The notes: a model not told the origin generated them from the letters alone. Shown: positions 12,543 through 26,100, counted from the first letter of the whole stretch. The stretch: 63,610 bases of DNA, filler included, from Reclinomonas americana ATCC 50394 (GCA_048213135.1; 17 parts of 17 records of this genome joined end to end with filler, not necessarily neighbours in it); one strand, 5' to 3'. Program-made: numbers and translations.

Positions 12543-12893
12543 GTCATTCGTGCTCACACTCGCAAAACCAAAACGAAGAAGTGTACACTCATAGGGGACA
12601 AGCAAGGGGAAGGACTTTTTGACGCGTCTCATGGCGCCGAACTGCCGCCGGCTGCGTGTGCTGCAGCAAGTTGCTCCACGCCTCGCCTGCGAAGCTCCAC
12701 CAGCTCCTCCTTCCAGCCAAGCATATCGCACAGCTCGAGAACCACCTGCGTGGGCGCAGAAGTTAGGCGACTTCACAGTGCAAGAACTGCACANNNNNNN
12801 NNNNNNNNNNNNNNNNNNNNNNNNNNNNNNNNNNNNNTTAATTAATTAANNNNNNNNNNNNNNNNNNNNNNNNNNNNNNNNNNNNNNNNNNNN

Positions 12894-15800
12894 ACAGACA
12901 CATACGCACCCAGTAGCCGTCGGTGCCTACAACAGCCGAGTAAACTGGATAGTCGTCAGGTACGTAACGTGCCAGGCCCCAATCGATCAGCACCGCCGAC
13001 ATGCTGGCACGTGAGAAGCACACATTGTCGCGCTTGACATCGCAGTGCACATAGCCGTGTGCTGTCGCATGTGTGAGTGCCTCAAGAAGCTGTCGTGCCA
13101 GCATTCCCGCCTCGTCAAGCGATTCTGGCCAGTCTCTGCCATAGTACGGCATGGCAAATCCAGCCCAGTCCGCAATAATCTCAACATTCGGCGAGCCGTA
13201 CGCCAGCACGGACGGCAACGTCGCCACTGTACCCGAGCGGAGCACATTCAGTATTTGTACTTCGGGTACTTGTCCGTCAACTGTGGTGTTGAATGGTCGA
13301 TGCTTCAGCCACTTGACGACAATGCCCTTGTCTGGGAAGTCGAAATTATTTTAGTTGACGACGATGCCAAAGGCAGAATTCACAAACAGAGTGACGGTTC
13401 GACATACCACAGTGAAGCAGAACGGTGCAGGTCTCTGTTTCATGCAACCTCACAAGCACCGGGAGTTCAGCGTCACAGGCACCACCGTCAGTACCAGGTT
13501 CACTTCCCAATGCCGATCCTTCATCGCCGTCGCAGTCTTCCTCACGGTCTTCTCCGCCGTCATCTCCGCCAAATCCACCATCAGCGCCGGGACCACCACT
13601 TCCACTGGGGCCACCATCTCCACTGGGTCCGGTACCATCATCGTCCGTGTGCCTCCCGTCGCGCGATCCGAACGTATCAGAATCAGAATCATCTCGAGAT
13701 CCAGGCCCACTCTTCGAGTTGCGAAGTGAACTGGGCTCGGCAGGCGTAGCTGGCTGGCGGTCGTTGCCGTTCGAGTTGACCATGTAGTCATCGTCCGCAC
13801 AGCTGACGAGTTCACGGCTTTTGATCTCCGCAGATGGTCGCAACGGTTGATGCTTCAGCGCCTGAAGCGTCTGCTGCATGCCGAGATACATCCGAGTGAG
13901 TACTCGGAGGAGCGGCTCGGTCGACATGTCTGCAAAAAAACGCATCGGTCACTCCACTTGGTAGAAAGAAACCACCCCATCCGCAGGACTCACCAAGAGT
14001 CGGCAGCCAAGTACCGACAAGTGATACCAGCAACTTGTCACGCTCGTCGCTCCAGTAAAAAACCAGCACTGAGATGCTGGTGCCCGACAGCAGCATCGCA
14101 TACGTGCGCACTTCACACCACCTGGTCCTGTCAACGCGACGCAGCAAACTGCACGTTGTCTGAGTTGCGTTCCACACGACCTTGACAAAGCCCTTGTGCT
14201 GCGTATCGCCACCGAATACCGCCCGGATGCCCGCAGATACATCTTCTTTGCCCAACTCGGCAGCGTCGCGGAGGCGAGTGGCGCTGTTGCGTGGCAAAGC
14301 AGTGAGTGGCCACGAAGAGCTTTAGCGAGACAAAGAGAAGCCATGCGAGGGTGTACACGCAACTAATCGAGCGACACACGTGCAGGTGGCGGACCGACCT
14401 CCACTTCGACCATGCATGCCACCACTCGAGACAGGTCGGGGTCATCGACTCGAAATTTCAAGTTGCAATCTTGACGCGTTGCACCATTGGTGTTCTCGAA
14501 CGCGGCGATCATGCCGTGCTCAGTAAATGTGGCGAGCAACTGGGAGGCCATGTGGACAACAACAGTCTGCTCCGAGTACGGGATGCAGTCATCACCAGCT
14601 GCAACACACACAACGCGAATGAGAATAACACTACACGCTCATCCACTTGCAATATTTGTGCATACCTCCACGAGGCGGTGGAAAATAATACTCCCAGTTG
14701 GCTGCGAAGCTCCAGTACCGTGTCAATGCACTGTCCATGCGCTTGATGAACCTGGGGGAGACAAAACGGGAATACCAACGAGTGAGCCATCGCGTCCGAA
14801 TACATGCCTTCTCTCACTATACGGTGTTTTCTCAGCACTGCGACATGCATGCACTAGTACCGCTGCACCTATGTGTATGTAGTACTCGTACCATGACAAG
14901 CATGCAGCATCTCCTTGACTGGCAACAACGAGCCTGCGCCACCTGGGACCGGTGCTGAGGCAAGCAGGCAGTGGTGGAGCCCAGTTCTGAGGGAGTACTG
15001 CCGGTGCGACCAAGTCGGCACAAGACGCCAGCGTTTTCCAGGCGCTCGGCAGTATGCCAGACAGCCAATCTGCGTGGCGATCAGATGATAATGGTGAGAC
15101 AAAGCAATCGCCACCGACAGCATCAAGAGTGAAGCACAAAACTCTTGAAAACGGTGACAGCTGCGGCGTCACGATCGCCGCTAGCGCTGGACTTGTCCGG
15201 AGACTCGCATGCACGGAGGGCCACGTCGGCATTCAGGGTAACCTCGCGAAGTCGCTGTTGCATCGATTGTGCCCGCCGCGTGAGTGGGCGCCAGCACCGA
15301 TAGTGATCGTGATCGGTCCACTCCACTGTTTCGAGAGAGAGTGCAGCCGGATCGATGACAATGTCACCGTCTTGGACGACATTCACATCGACAGAACGGG
15401 ACACTGTAGAGCGAAAAGCAAACAGAAAGACACATTACAGAACTGTGGTGGCCTGCATCAGCAGAGGATTCGAACAGACCTTGCGCAACGATGCCTTGCG
15501 TTCCATGAACTGTCCCAATCCCTCGCTGAAGGCGCTCTTCAGTTGCATGCAGGCGCTCTTCTGCTGCACGCCGGCGCTCGAACTCTTCACGCTGGCGCTC
15601 CTCTGCTGCACGCTGGCGCTCCTCTGCTGCACGCCGGCGCTCGAACTCTTCACGTTGGCGCGCTTCCGCTTGCTCGATCTCAAGGAGGCGCTGTTCCGCG
15701 AGACGCTCCACTTGCTGCATGCGCTCTTGCAAGGACTTGAGTTGAGCTTGCAAAGACTGTTCACCGTCATCGTCCACGGGCGCTGTTTCGTCGCCAGGTT

Positions 15801-15948
15801 AGAAGCGGGACACCACTGCAAGTGTCACAAGCACACTGGCACTCGTACCATCCCGACCAGCTTGCGGCAGTGGTGGAAGCTGCTCTTCGGCGCCCCCAGG
15901 CGATACAGACAACGCGTCGGTCACGGCTGCGTCGGTGTCCATCGACAT
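12894..15948 (-). CDS. Multi-exon protein: charged coiled coil, central domain, G/D-rich linker, C-terminal protein kinase (3' end truncated)
   Basis: Kinase motifs IVVK, PEVQIL, HCDVKRDN, IDWGLA and VGTDGY. N-terminal EERQRAAEERQR repeats at 15560-15660. The central exon joins are tentative. Confidence 0.7.
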
Positions 15949-16158
15949 CCTGCTGGAGGGGGAGGGAGAGAGAGAGACGGGGAGATGAGGGTGAGGGAGG
16001 GGGTGTGATAGGAGGGGGGGTGGGAGAGAGTGTGTGAGAGAGAGAGAGAGTGCATGAGNNNNNNNNNNNNNNNNNNNNNNNNNNNNNNNNNNNNNNNNNN
16101 NNTTAATTAATTAANNNNNNNNNNNNNNNNNNNNNNNNNNNNNNNNNNNNNNNNNNNN

Positions 16159-16853
16159 CGCGCCAGGGTGAAGAACCCGTCGGATTGCGGCACCGAGAAG
16201 AACCATTTGTGCCCGGTTATCAGATAGACCCGGCCGTCAGGCGTATCCTCGAGGAAACGCGCCGTGGTCTGGGTCTGGCGCAGGTCCGAGCCGCCCTGCT
16301 TCTCGGTCATCGCATAGCCGATGCTGGCGCTCTCCTTCAGCGCCACCGGTAGCGGGCGCTTGTCGTAGCGGCCCGAGGTGATCTTCTGCCGCCAGAGCGC
16401 AAATTCCGGCTGGGCGAGGCCGGGAAATGCGGCATAGGTCATGCCGGTCGGGCACCCCGTCCCGTGCTCGACCTGGTTCCAGAGATAGGAGAGGACGGCG
16501 CGAGCGAGATGGCCGTTCGGCTCGCTCGTCTTCCAGGCGAGCGAGGGCACTTCATGAGCGAAGGCCAGCGCCATGAGCTCATGCCAGGCCGGATGGAACT
16601 CGATCCAGTCGATGCGATTGCCGTAGCGGTCGTGAGTCCTGAGCTCAGGCACATGGCGATTGGCGAGGCGGGCGAGTTCCTGCACCTCGGCGTCGCCGGC
16701 CCGGGCGCCGAGCGCCGTCGCCTTGTCAGCGACCCAGGGCGCCCCGCGCGCGACGATGCCCCGCAGCACCGCATCACCGGAGAAGGCGTTCCAGCCGATG
16801 GCGGGCCGGGCCTGGTTGAGGACTTGGTGAGTCGCGTAAGCGTGGACGGTCAT
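16159..16853 (-). CDS. AidB-like acyl-CoA dehydrogenase, N-terminal part (bacterial)
   Basis: THQVLNQ, HDRYGNRID.IEFHPAWH.LM, GCPTGMTYA, AMTEKQGGSDLR and ITGHKWFFSVPQSD. Its start overlaps the upstream stop (ATGA). Confidence 0.9.
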
Positions 16854-18382
16854 TCCGCCGCCTCCTGTGTCGTCACGCGCTCCGGCACTTCGCAGCCGGT
16901 GACGCAGCAGCGGCCGGGTTGCTTGCTGACGCGCGAGCCGTCGGCGAGCACGCCGCGATCGAGCAGGCTCTCGACCAGCGCGACCTTCTCCATGACGGGG
17001 TAGTTGCGCCAGATCTCGCGCTTCATCGCCTCGGGCGAGCCGCCGCCATGCAGCGAGATCACCGAGTACCAGCCGGCCTCCTTGGATACGGTGAGGTCCT
17101 CGATGAAGCGGGCGACCTCGGCGCGCTGCTCATAGGGGATATCCGGCCGTCCGGTCAGCACGGCCGCGAGCGAGGCCGAGGTCTCGGGATTGTGGTCCTC
17201 GTCCGGACCGGGGAGGGCGACGACGAGGCCGCCAGAGACATAATGGGCGATGCGGTGCATGTCGTAGATCTTGGTAGCGAGCAGCAGCTTGCCGATATTG
17301 GCGAAAACTGCGTCGGGCATCGCCACGCCCGAAGCGTCCTTGCTGCAATAGACCGAGGCCGCGACGCCGCAGGCAAAGAAGCTCTCGGTGATGGTGATCA
17401 GCTCGACTAGCTGCTCGCGGACATGGGAGTGCCTGTCGGCATCGAGTCCATTCGCTTCGACTATCAGCGCGCCGGCACCGATCAGGAGGTCGCCGAAGCC
17501 GGCCCGGGCAGCGATGCAGCTCTGGCGGTGATGGGTGGCGTAGCTGGTGGTGAGATAGCCGGCCTCCTCTGTCTCGCCGGCCATGAACACGCGCTCCCAG
17601 GGCACGAAGACGTCGTCGAACATCACCGCACCGGTCGACTGGCCATATTTCGCCGAGAACTTGGCGGCGGGATCGCCCGGGCGCCCGGCCGGGCGCGCGA
17701 CGATGGTGATGCCCTGCGCATCGCAGGGCACGGCGCAGCAGACGGCGAAATCCTCGTCGCCCTTGGCGTGGGTGCGGCAGGGCATGACCAGGAATTCGTG
17801 GACATAGGGCGCGCCGGTGACGATCGCCTTGGTGCCGCGGATGACGACGCCGTCGGGGCGCCGCTCCTTGATGTGGACATAGGAATCGCGATTGGCTTGC
17901 TGCCCCGGCCGCAGCGAGCGGTCGCCCTTGGCGTCGGTCATGGCAACGCCGCAGGTCAGGTCCTCATCCTGGATACGGTGCATATAGGCGAGGAAGCGCT
18001 GGGTGTAATCGCTGCCGTGATTGGCGTCGGCCCGCACCGTCGCCTGCAGGATGCCGTTGAAGGCGTCATGCGTCAGGTAGCGCTGGGCGCAACCGGAGAT
18101 CTTGCAGACCAGACGAACGGCCTCGAGCTTGGCGAGCAGGTCGCTGGACGAGGCGTCGATATGGAGCATGCGGTTGACGGTCTTGCCGGACGAGCCCTGC
18201 ACCGCCGTCATGATCGGCCGATAGGCCTCGTCATGGGCGAGGTCATAGGTGATACCGATACCGTTGATCCCCGGGAGCAGGAGCTTTTCGTCGGCGACGC
18301 TCTCGACCCGTTGCCCGCCGACGAAGACGCGCGGTTGGTAGGCACGCAGGGATTCGCGGTAGCCGGCGGCGTCCATCAGCAT
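16850..18382 (-). CDS. 4-hydroxybutyryl-CoA dehydratase / HpaB-family flavoprotein (bacterial)
   Basis: 510-aa ORF with a GGAGG RBS. Motifs AMTDAKGDRS.RP, IRGTKA.VTGA, FDDVFVPWERVF, HRQS and HGGGSP. Confidence 0.88.
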   Translation of the reverse strand: MLMDAAGYRESLRAYQPRVFVGGQRVESVADEKLLLPGINGIGITYDLAHDEAYRPIMTAVQGSSGKTVNRMLHIDASSSDLLAKLEAVRLVCKISGCAQRYLTHDAFNGILQATVRADANHGSDYTQRFLAYMHRIQDEDLTCGVAMTDAKGDRSLRPGQQANRDSYVHIKERRPDGVVIRGTKAIVTGAPYVHEFLVMPCRTHAKGDEDFAVCCAVPCDAQGITIVARPAGRPGDPAAKFSAKYGQSTGAVMFDDVFVPWERVFMAGETEEAGYLTTSYATHHRQSCIAARAGFGDLLIGAGALIVEANGLDADRHSHVREQLVELITITESFFACGVAASVYCSKDASGVAMPDAVFANIGKLLLATKIYDMHRIAHYVSGGLVVALPGPDEDHNPETSASLAAVLTGRPDIPYEQRAEVARFIEDLTVSKEAGWYSVISLHGGGSPEAMKREIWRNYPVMEKVALVESLLDRGVLADGSRVSKQPGRCCVTGCEVPERVTTQEAAE

Positions 18383-18497
18383 GCTAGCCTCCTCCCGNNN
18401 NNNNNNNNNNNNNNNNNNNNNNNNNNNNNNNNNNNNNNNNNTTAATTAATTAANNNNNNNNNNNNNNNNNNNNNNNNNNNNNNNNNNNNNNNNNNNN

Positions 18498-19488
18498 ACT
18501 CGACGCCAGGCTCGCCCGCCTGCGCGCCGAGCAGGCCGATGCGACGGAGATCGACTTCCCCGAGGATATCGAGAAGGCACGGACGCCGATCGCGCGCGAG
18601 GTGATCAATGCCGAGCGCGCGCTCTTCCGCGCCCGCGCCCAGGTCTATGACGGCAAGACCCGCATCCAGCAGCGCGTGATCGAGCAGCACCAGGCCGAGT
18701 CCGAGGCGCTGCAGGCGCAAATCGACGCCGTGCGCAACCAGCGCACGCTCATCGACGAGGAGGTGAAGACGATCGCCGAGCTCTACGAGAAGCGCTACGC
18801 CAAGCGCTCCCAGCTCGTCGAACTCCAGACCCGCCAGAGCGAGCTCACCGGGCGTGCCGGCGAGATGAAGGCGCGCAAGGCCAAGGCGGAGCAGGCCGTC
18901 GCCGGCGCCGAGCTCGAGATCAAGGCGATCAGCCTCGACCGCCAGAGCGAGATCGCCAAGGACCTGCAAGACAGCCAGCTCCAGCTCTCGGAGGTGGTCG
19001 AGCGCATCGTCCAGGCGCAGGACGTGCTGCGCCGGCTGGTGGTGACCGCGCCGCAGGAAGGCATCGTCGCCAATATCCGCATGCGGACCGCCGGCAGCGT
19101 CGTCACGGCGGGCGAGGCGATTCTCGACATCGTGCCCGAGCAGGAGCCGCTCATCGTCGAGGCCAAGGTCGATCCGCGCGACATCGATTCGGTCCGGGTC
19201 GGCGCCGATACGCAGGTCAGGCTCACCGCCTTCAACGCCCGGATCATGCCCCCGCTCCTGGCGAAGGTCTCTTATGTCGCAGCCGACCAGCTGATCGACG
19301 ACAAGACCGGCAATGCCTTCTTCATTGTCCGCGCCGAGATCACGCCGCAGAGCCTGAAGGAGAACAAGGTGACCTTGCATGCCGGCATGGCGGCGGAGGT
19401 GCTGATCGTCAACGGCCGGCGTTTTGCGGCGGACTACCTGCTCTCGCCCATAAGGGACAGCTTCAATCGCGCCTTCAGGGAGGATTGA
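18498..19488 (+). CDS. HlyD-family type I secretion membrane-fusion protein (5' end truncated)
   Basis: Long helical hairpin region, then TAPQEGIV, ILDIVP, VDPRDIDSV.VG, VSYVAAD, LHAGM.AEV and DYLLSPI...AFRED. Confidence 0.92.
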
Positions 19489-19801
19489 GCCCGGCCGATC
19501 CGGCCGCCGAAGTTGGATCGTATCGCCGACCGATTCCAGATCGAAGCAATATACTTCGAAATCCGTATCAAACTCTCAGTATAATCCTCGCGTGAACAAT
19601 ATATAAAATGACGTAAACTTTGCTGCATCGCAAAATAGTCATAATATATTGCTTGATACCATGATCTTCTAGGCTACTCTCATGAGTGTCGCGCGATGGC
19701 GAACCTCTGGATCGCCATCGAAACCGCACCGTGACCCAGAACGAGCGGCGGACGTTCTCCGCATATCTGGTGGTGCTCTCTGATCACCGAGGAGGTGACG
19801 A

Positions 19802-20053
19802 ATGGCCACGATCGAAGGCAGTGCATTCGACGATTTCTTGATTGGGACACGCTTCAGTGACGTGATCCTTGCCGGCGCCGGGGACGACATCGTCCATGGC
19901 GGCAACCAGGTGGACTCTCTCTTCGGCGAAGAGGGTGACGACCTGATCTACGGCGATGCCGGCAACGACTTCCTGTCCGGCGGCGAGGGCAATGATGCGC
20001 TCTTCGGCGGCGCGGATGACGACGTGCTCTCCGGCGGCGAAGGCAATGACAGC
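19802..20053 (+). CDS. RTX-type calcium-binding repeat protein, start only
   Basis: GGAGG RBS and tandem GGxGxDxLx nonapeptides (GDAGNDFLS, GGEGNDALF). Confidence 0.85.
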
Positions 20054-20153
20054 NNNNNNNNNNNNNNNNNNNNNNNNNNNNNNNNNNNNNNNNNNNNTTA
20101 ATTAATTAANNNNNNNNNNNNNNNNNNNNNNNNNNNNNNNNNNNNNNNNNNNN

Positions 20154-23100
20154 GCACCACTTGGTTGCGCAGTGCTGTCGTCAGGTTCGAGAGCACCGGT
20201 GCAGCGGTCCACGTAGTGTCTGCCGATGGCTGTATGTCGCCACGCTGACATGTCAGTGGAGAGCTGAACAGAAAACAAAGGGAGAGCGCGGCAGGCACAC
20301 ACACCGAGATACCACGATCGACCAGCATGAGCTGTCGGAGCGTGTCCAGCATCTCCACCTTGGGCATCGCCGGCACAACTTCGGGAATTACCAGCAAATT
20401 GAACCTGGTGTGTTACCGCACGATTGTGTGAGCACACAAGACGACACATACATGTGCGTGCTGCATGCGCGCTCGCCAAACCATGTGATGGTGCCTTCAC
20501 GAATTTGACCCTCCAGAATGAAGGCCGCAGTGCCAAGGCACCGCACATCGTCACGGCAAGCCGTGAATCCGCTCGTGAATGAGGCACTCTTGTCGGAGGG
20601 CGTGGGCTCCAACGGTCGTCCCCAGGTGGTGGTCGCCGCCTCCCACGGACCAATGGCGCCGTACTCGGTGAGCATCCACGGCTGCTGATAGTCTGCGCGG
20701 AGAAGGGTCAGCGTTCATGAACGCAGCTTGCAGCTTTAGAAAACAGACGCACTCTGATTGTCGAGTTCGCCAGGAGAGAACGATGCACTGGCAAAGGCGT
20801 TGGCTCCCAGCACGTCAATGTTAGGCATGTTGGTTTGTTTCTGCACCAGTCCTGATGAGTGTATGTGCAAGCAAGGCACATAAGGAAACAGACGCACCAG
20901 AGCTGCTTTGCCGAGGAACACCGACGCCACCGTGGTTATGGTCAAGTGATTGGGGTCTGCGGCCTTGACGGCTGCGGCAACCTTGTCGACGCCAGCAAAG
21001 ATCCGCGACCATTGACTCTGCGTGCGGGAAGCGAGGGGAATAATGTCAGAAAGATCGCACTGTGAGAGAACAAGAAGCATTCACACATTGTACCTGCGCC
21101 GCCTGCAGTTCGGTCTCGTTGCCCAGCACCCACGCCATCACAGCCGGGTGATTCTTGTACTTGTTGACATTGGCCACCACTGCAGCCACCTGCGCCAGCT
21201 CGGCCGCGCTTCCCGAACCATCTGACGATGAAATGTGAGCGACGGTGTTCCCTTCTTTTTCTCAAGACTGCGCAGACGCAACAGGTGACAGTGGTGCCGT
21301 CGATGGCCAAGTCCAGGCCCACGAGACTACACGCAGAACACTACGTCAGCGCAGCAAGGAGAGGAAGTAAGAGGTGGAAAAATACACGCAACACTTTCAC
21401 GCCCTCGGAGTAGGCCTTGTCAAGGAACGTACCGCCTGCATGACACACATACACATGAGTTCGTGACGGTGACGAACCGCTGGTCGTTATTCTTGTGTCA
21501 CACACACCATTCAGCTGCTCAATCTGGTAGGTGCGCACAGTGTTGCCGCCACCTTGCACAAACGCTGCTCTGTCGCCAATACCACTGGCTCCGTAAATGC
21601 GGTAGGGGGCACCACACACTTGCAGGTTCCACCTGCTGCGCGAGCCCAATGTACCGCCGGCGACCACTGTAGTTGAGACAGTGGTGAGTGAGACTGGAAG
21701 CAGCGGGGAAGCTCCATCAAATGACAATTACCTTGTGCAGTAGAGACGCAACCGTCCACCTGCGTTGCGAGACAAAGAGATAGTACGGTATGGTGAGACA
21801 AGGTGAAACCGGCTACAGTCAGTGTAACTGCAAGACGCAACGCATTTGTCAGCGGTCGTACAAGGCGAGCCGCAGGTTGTGCCCTTGAAGCCCGGGGCGC
21901 AACGACTGTGCGCATCGTGTCAGTCTGGTGCTCTCACGATCATCGAGACGACAGGAAGACATCGCACGTACCACGTGTTCGATGGCAAGCACACACCGCC
22001 GTTCAGCTGCGCAGTAGTGCACTCAGTAAGAAAATTGGAGATGACATGAATCGTATCTTGGGTCTCTGCATTGCGCAACACAGCCACTGGTGGAACAACC
22101 GATGCCGGTCGAAGCAGTGATGGTGAAAGACTTGGTCAGCTTCGCTCCATGCGCATCAGTTGCCGTGACCGAAATGGGGATTGCTGCGCATCACACACTG
22201 GTGAGTACGATGTATCTATCCCTCAACGTGCACGAGCTTGCCAACACGCACATGCGAGAGTAAGCCCGGCAGCCTTGCTGACAAGCGACATGCCACTGAC
22301 AGCCAGTGACGACGACGCGTCGGTGAGTGTGAGCGTGAAAGTGTCGCCCACATCGGGGTCCGACACCGTGACGGTGGCAATGACAGCATTCAGTGCAGCC
22401 GGCGGCACGTAGATGAGCGACGAGAGAGTGATGTCCGTCGGCGGCTGATTGGAGGCATTCAGCGCAAAGGCTTTCAGGAAGGATAGGCCAGCAGAGTTTG
22501 TACTGCTAACGGTGAAAATCAGCGGTGCCTCTGCATGCATCACCAACAACAACAAGTCAGAATAACAGTCACACCATCGGGCTTCCTCATAACACCGCAA
22601 CTCGACAGGTTGTTCACAGCGGCCTTCAGTGACGACCCACTGAACGTCAGCAACGCGGCATCCGTGCCTGACAGTGAGTATGAAAATGAAGTATGCGTGG
22701 GATCTGGATCGGTGGTGGAGAACACGGCAATTGTAGTGCCGAGAGCCACCGGTGGCAGGTACGAGAAGGAGGTGATGGTGATGTCGGTCGGCGCCGACGC
22801 CGACATGCCAGTGAACACAAACTGCTTCTGGAAGGTCACTCCATTCGCGTCCTTGGCCTGCAGCTGCACGGTCAGCGATGTGTCGGTGAGACCGGCGACC
22901 GCGCTTTGGAGCTGTGTGTTGCTGATTGCGAGCTTGCTGGCCGACGTGCCACCAGTGATCGTAAATGTGCACGTCACTATTCACCACCCGGGTAAGCTTC
23001 CTTTTGGCGACAATGAATGCAAAGAAGTAGTGCGCCAACCTGCGGCGCCAGTAGTGTCGACAGCCGACAGTGTGGCGATGACGGCATTCAGCGCCAGCGG

Positions 23101-26100
23101 TGTGGTGTAGGTCGTTGCTGACACGCGAATGTCGGCCTGTGGTGGGCGAAAGAGACAACATTGAGTTGTCGCACGTCATGAAGGAGCTACAACAATGCAA
23201 CGTACCGGTCCCGGTTGCGTTGTAGTGCCGCCGCAGGTGACAGGATCCTTGCCGGTCACACACTGGCACTTGTCGCCAAAGTACGGACTGAAGCACACAC
23301 ATGTGCCAGCCGCCTGCACGCATGCATGTGTGAGGGAAGAGACCTGGCACCAGTCGAGAGCACCACCGAAAGTCAACTCACCGTGCATTGTCCGCGGCCA
23401 TTACATGTCTGTCGCGAAGAAAACAACGACAACAAGTCAGTTGCAAAGCTACAACTCATCTCTCTCAAACACTCGTAACTTCCACTGGTCGGCACTGGCA
23501 ATTGGCACCACCAATGCCGGCAAAGCACACGCACTGGTTGTTGGCGTTGCACAGGCCACTGCCGTTGCAGGTCTTGTAGAAATCGCACGTGTCGGTCTGG
23601 TCGCAGGCGGGGCCCTTCCAGCCCGCGTTGCACACGCAGGAACCGTCCTTGGCCGACGCGTTGCAGGTACCATTGGCGCCACACGATGACTTGAGGCACG
23701 CGCAGTTGGCACCACCGTACGCGGCGGGGCATGTGCACGCGCCGGTGCCTGTTGCGCCATCGGAACACGTGCCTCCATTCATGCACACGCACTTCCCAGA
23801 GCAGTCGGCACCGTAGAAGCCTGAAGAGGGAAGAGGTGAGAGCTCGATTCAAGGTGGAAGGAAGCGAACGCAGAATCAGACTGACCAGCTTTGCACACGC
23901 AGGTGAGGTTGGACTGGCATGTTCCGTTTCCGGAGCTGCATTATCGCGTGTGTGTGCGCGGCGGTGAGTGGTCGTGACGCGCACGCATTCAGTGAACAAA
24001 AAGGGGGCCAAACCAGTTGACAGCGTCCTCACACTGGCACTTGTCGCCGGCGAAACCCATGGTGCACACGCATGTTCCGCTCGTGGAGCCTGCGCGAGAG
24101 ATGTCTGTGAGTATTCGCTGGAGAGCATTCGCCACACATCGATGTCTGCGCAACAGAATCCGTGATTGCTGCAGCTCGTCGCGGCACTGCACTGGCACTG
24201 AGAACCGGCGGCTCCTGTCTTGCACACGCAGCCGGTGCCGGTCTTGCCCGCAGAGCACGAGGCGGTGTTGGCGGCGACACACGTCGTGCAGTCGCCAGCA
24301 CACGTGGCGCCAAAGTGATCGGCAGCGCACTGGTCGCACAACTTGCCGGTGAATCCGGTCTTGCACACACAGCTACCAGCGGTGCCAGACGTGCACTTGG
24401 AAGTCCCCTGTGCATCGCAGCTGGTGCACAAGTCTGCGCAAGTGGCACCGTAGCGATCGGTCGTGCAGTCGGCACAGAAGGGAGCCGCAAAACCGGCGTC
24501 GCACACGCAGGAACCTGTGCATCATACAGCGGTTATGCTTTGAATACACACAGATATTATGCGTGCATGCGCACCAGAGCTGCACGTTCCGTGCCCGTTG
24601 CACGTCTGAACCGGATCACAGAACTTGCTCGAGCACGAGGCACCAGTCCACCCCGGAGTGCACAGGCAAGTGCCATCCGTCTGACAGGTGCCATTGCCAC
24701 TGCACGTGGTGGCATTCGAGCATTGGCACGAGGCGCCACCGAATCCCGTGTCACTACAGCGAGGATCCGATTTGGTGAGACAGAGTAAGTGCTGTGTATT
24801 TTGTTCTGCAATCGCTACACACACGCACCATGTGCATCCACCGGCGGCGTTGCAAGTGCCGTGTCCATTGCTTTGTGCAAATCACTGGTGAGGAGGATAA
24901 CAGGCGAGATGGTGTGTGACAGGCAATCAGCAAACTCACCAGGTGGTGGCATTGGAGCACTTGCAGTTGGGTCCGCCAAATCCACTGGCGCATGAGCACA
25001 CCGCTTTGCCAAAGGTGCTCGCAGCCGTGCACGAGCCGTTGGGAGAGTTGCTGCACACAGCGGGGAAGGTGAGCGTTGCAATCGAAATCACTGCATGAGA
25101 CGCACAACCGCCCCGCACCAGTCGACCGTGTGAGAGCACGAGCAGTCGCTGCCGGCCCAGCCGGTGGCGCACGCGCAAGTTCCATCGGTGTTGCAAGTGC
25201 CGTGCCCGTTGCATGTGACAAGTGGATTGCAGTTGCAGTTGGCGTTCACCCAACCACTGGAACACTGGCAGGTGCCGTCGACGTTGCAAGAGCCGTGACC
25301 CGTGCTGAAAAGACGTGAGGCGGTGTGCATGGTGATGGAAGGTTGTCTCTTGCACGCACCAGGTGGTAGCCGCTGAGCAGGCTCCGATTGCCTGCAGTGT
25401 AATGTCTGCCAGGAAACTGAGGCCACCTCGGTCCGTGGCCACCACTGCCAGCGAGTGCACACCGGCCAGCGGTGTGGCATTGACGACCACATTCTTGCCG
25501 GAGACGGCGAACGCAGTGCTGAACGTGTGCGTGTCTCCGGCATCGGGGTCGACGGCGCTGTACGCGAGTTGGGAAAGTGAGCGTGTGTGCGAGAAGGCAA
25601 CGCGCTTTGCTGGCATGTGGACTTTACCTCAGCTGGCCGATCACCGTGCCTGACATATACAGAAGGCAGTAATTGCTGTTGAGCACACAAACAGAAGGCA
25701 AGGGGTACAAAGCAGACACTCACCAAGCGGACTCTGTGGATCAAAGGTGACGTTGCTGATCTGAATGCCAGTGGGTGCCCTGTTGCCGGCTGTGCGCATC
25801 ACAAACAGTACAGTGTGAGAGAGAGGCCGACAACACAATATTTTGGTATCACGGCGCTCACCAGTCTGGGTGATGGTAAAGGGCACCGAGACGCTGAGAC
25901 CGCCAGAGTCGGTGGACTTGACAGTGACCGACTGCGTGCCGGTGACACCGGCAATGGCCAGCTGCAGTTTGTTGCCGCTGATCGAGAACACCGACGCGCC
26001 AGTGACCAGTGAGTAGGTGAACGTGTCGCCGACGTTGGCGTCGACAGTGCTCAGCGTTCCCACAGTGTAGCCGGCGGGAGAGCCCGCTGGGTACGTAAGG

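Noticed and set aside
16159..20053. Bacterial genes as a horizontally transferred island in the protist (also 39466-50935)
   Set aside because: Every boundary is a spacer, and the genes keep RBSs, operon coupling and a REP element and have no introns.
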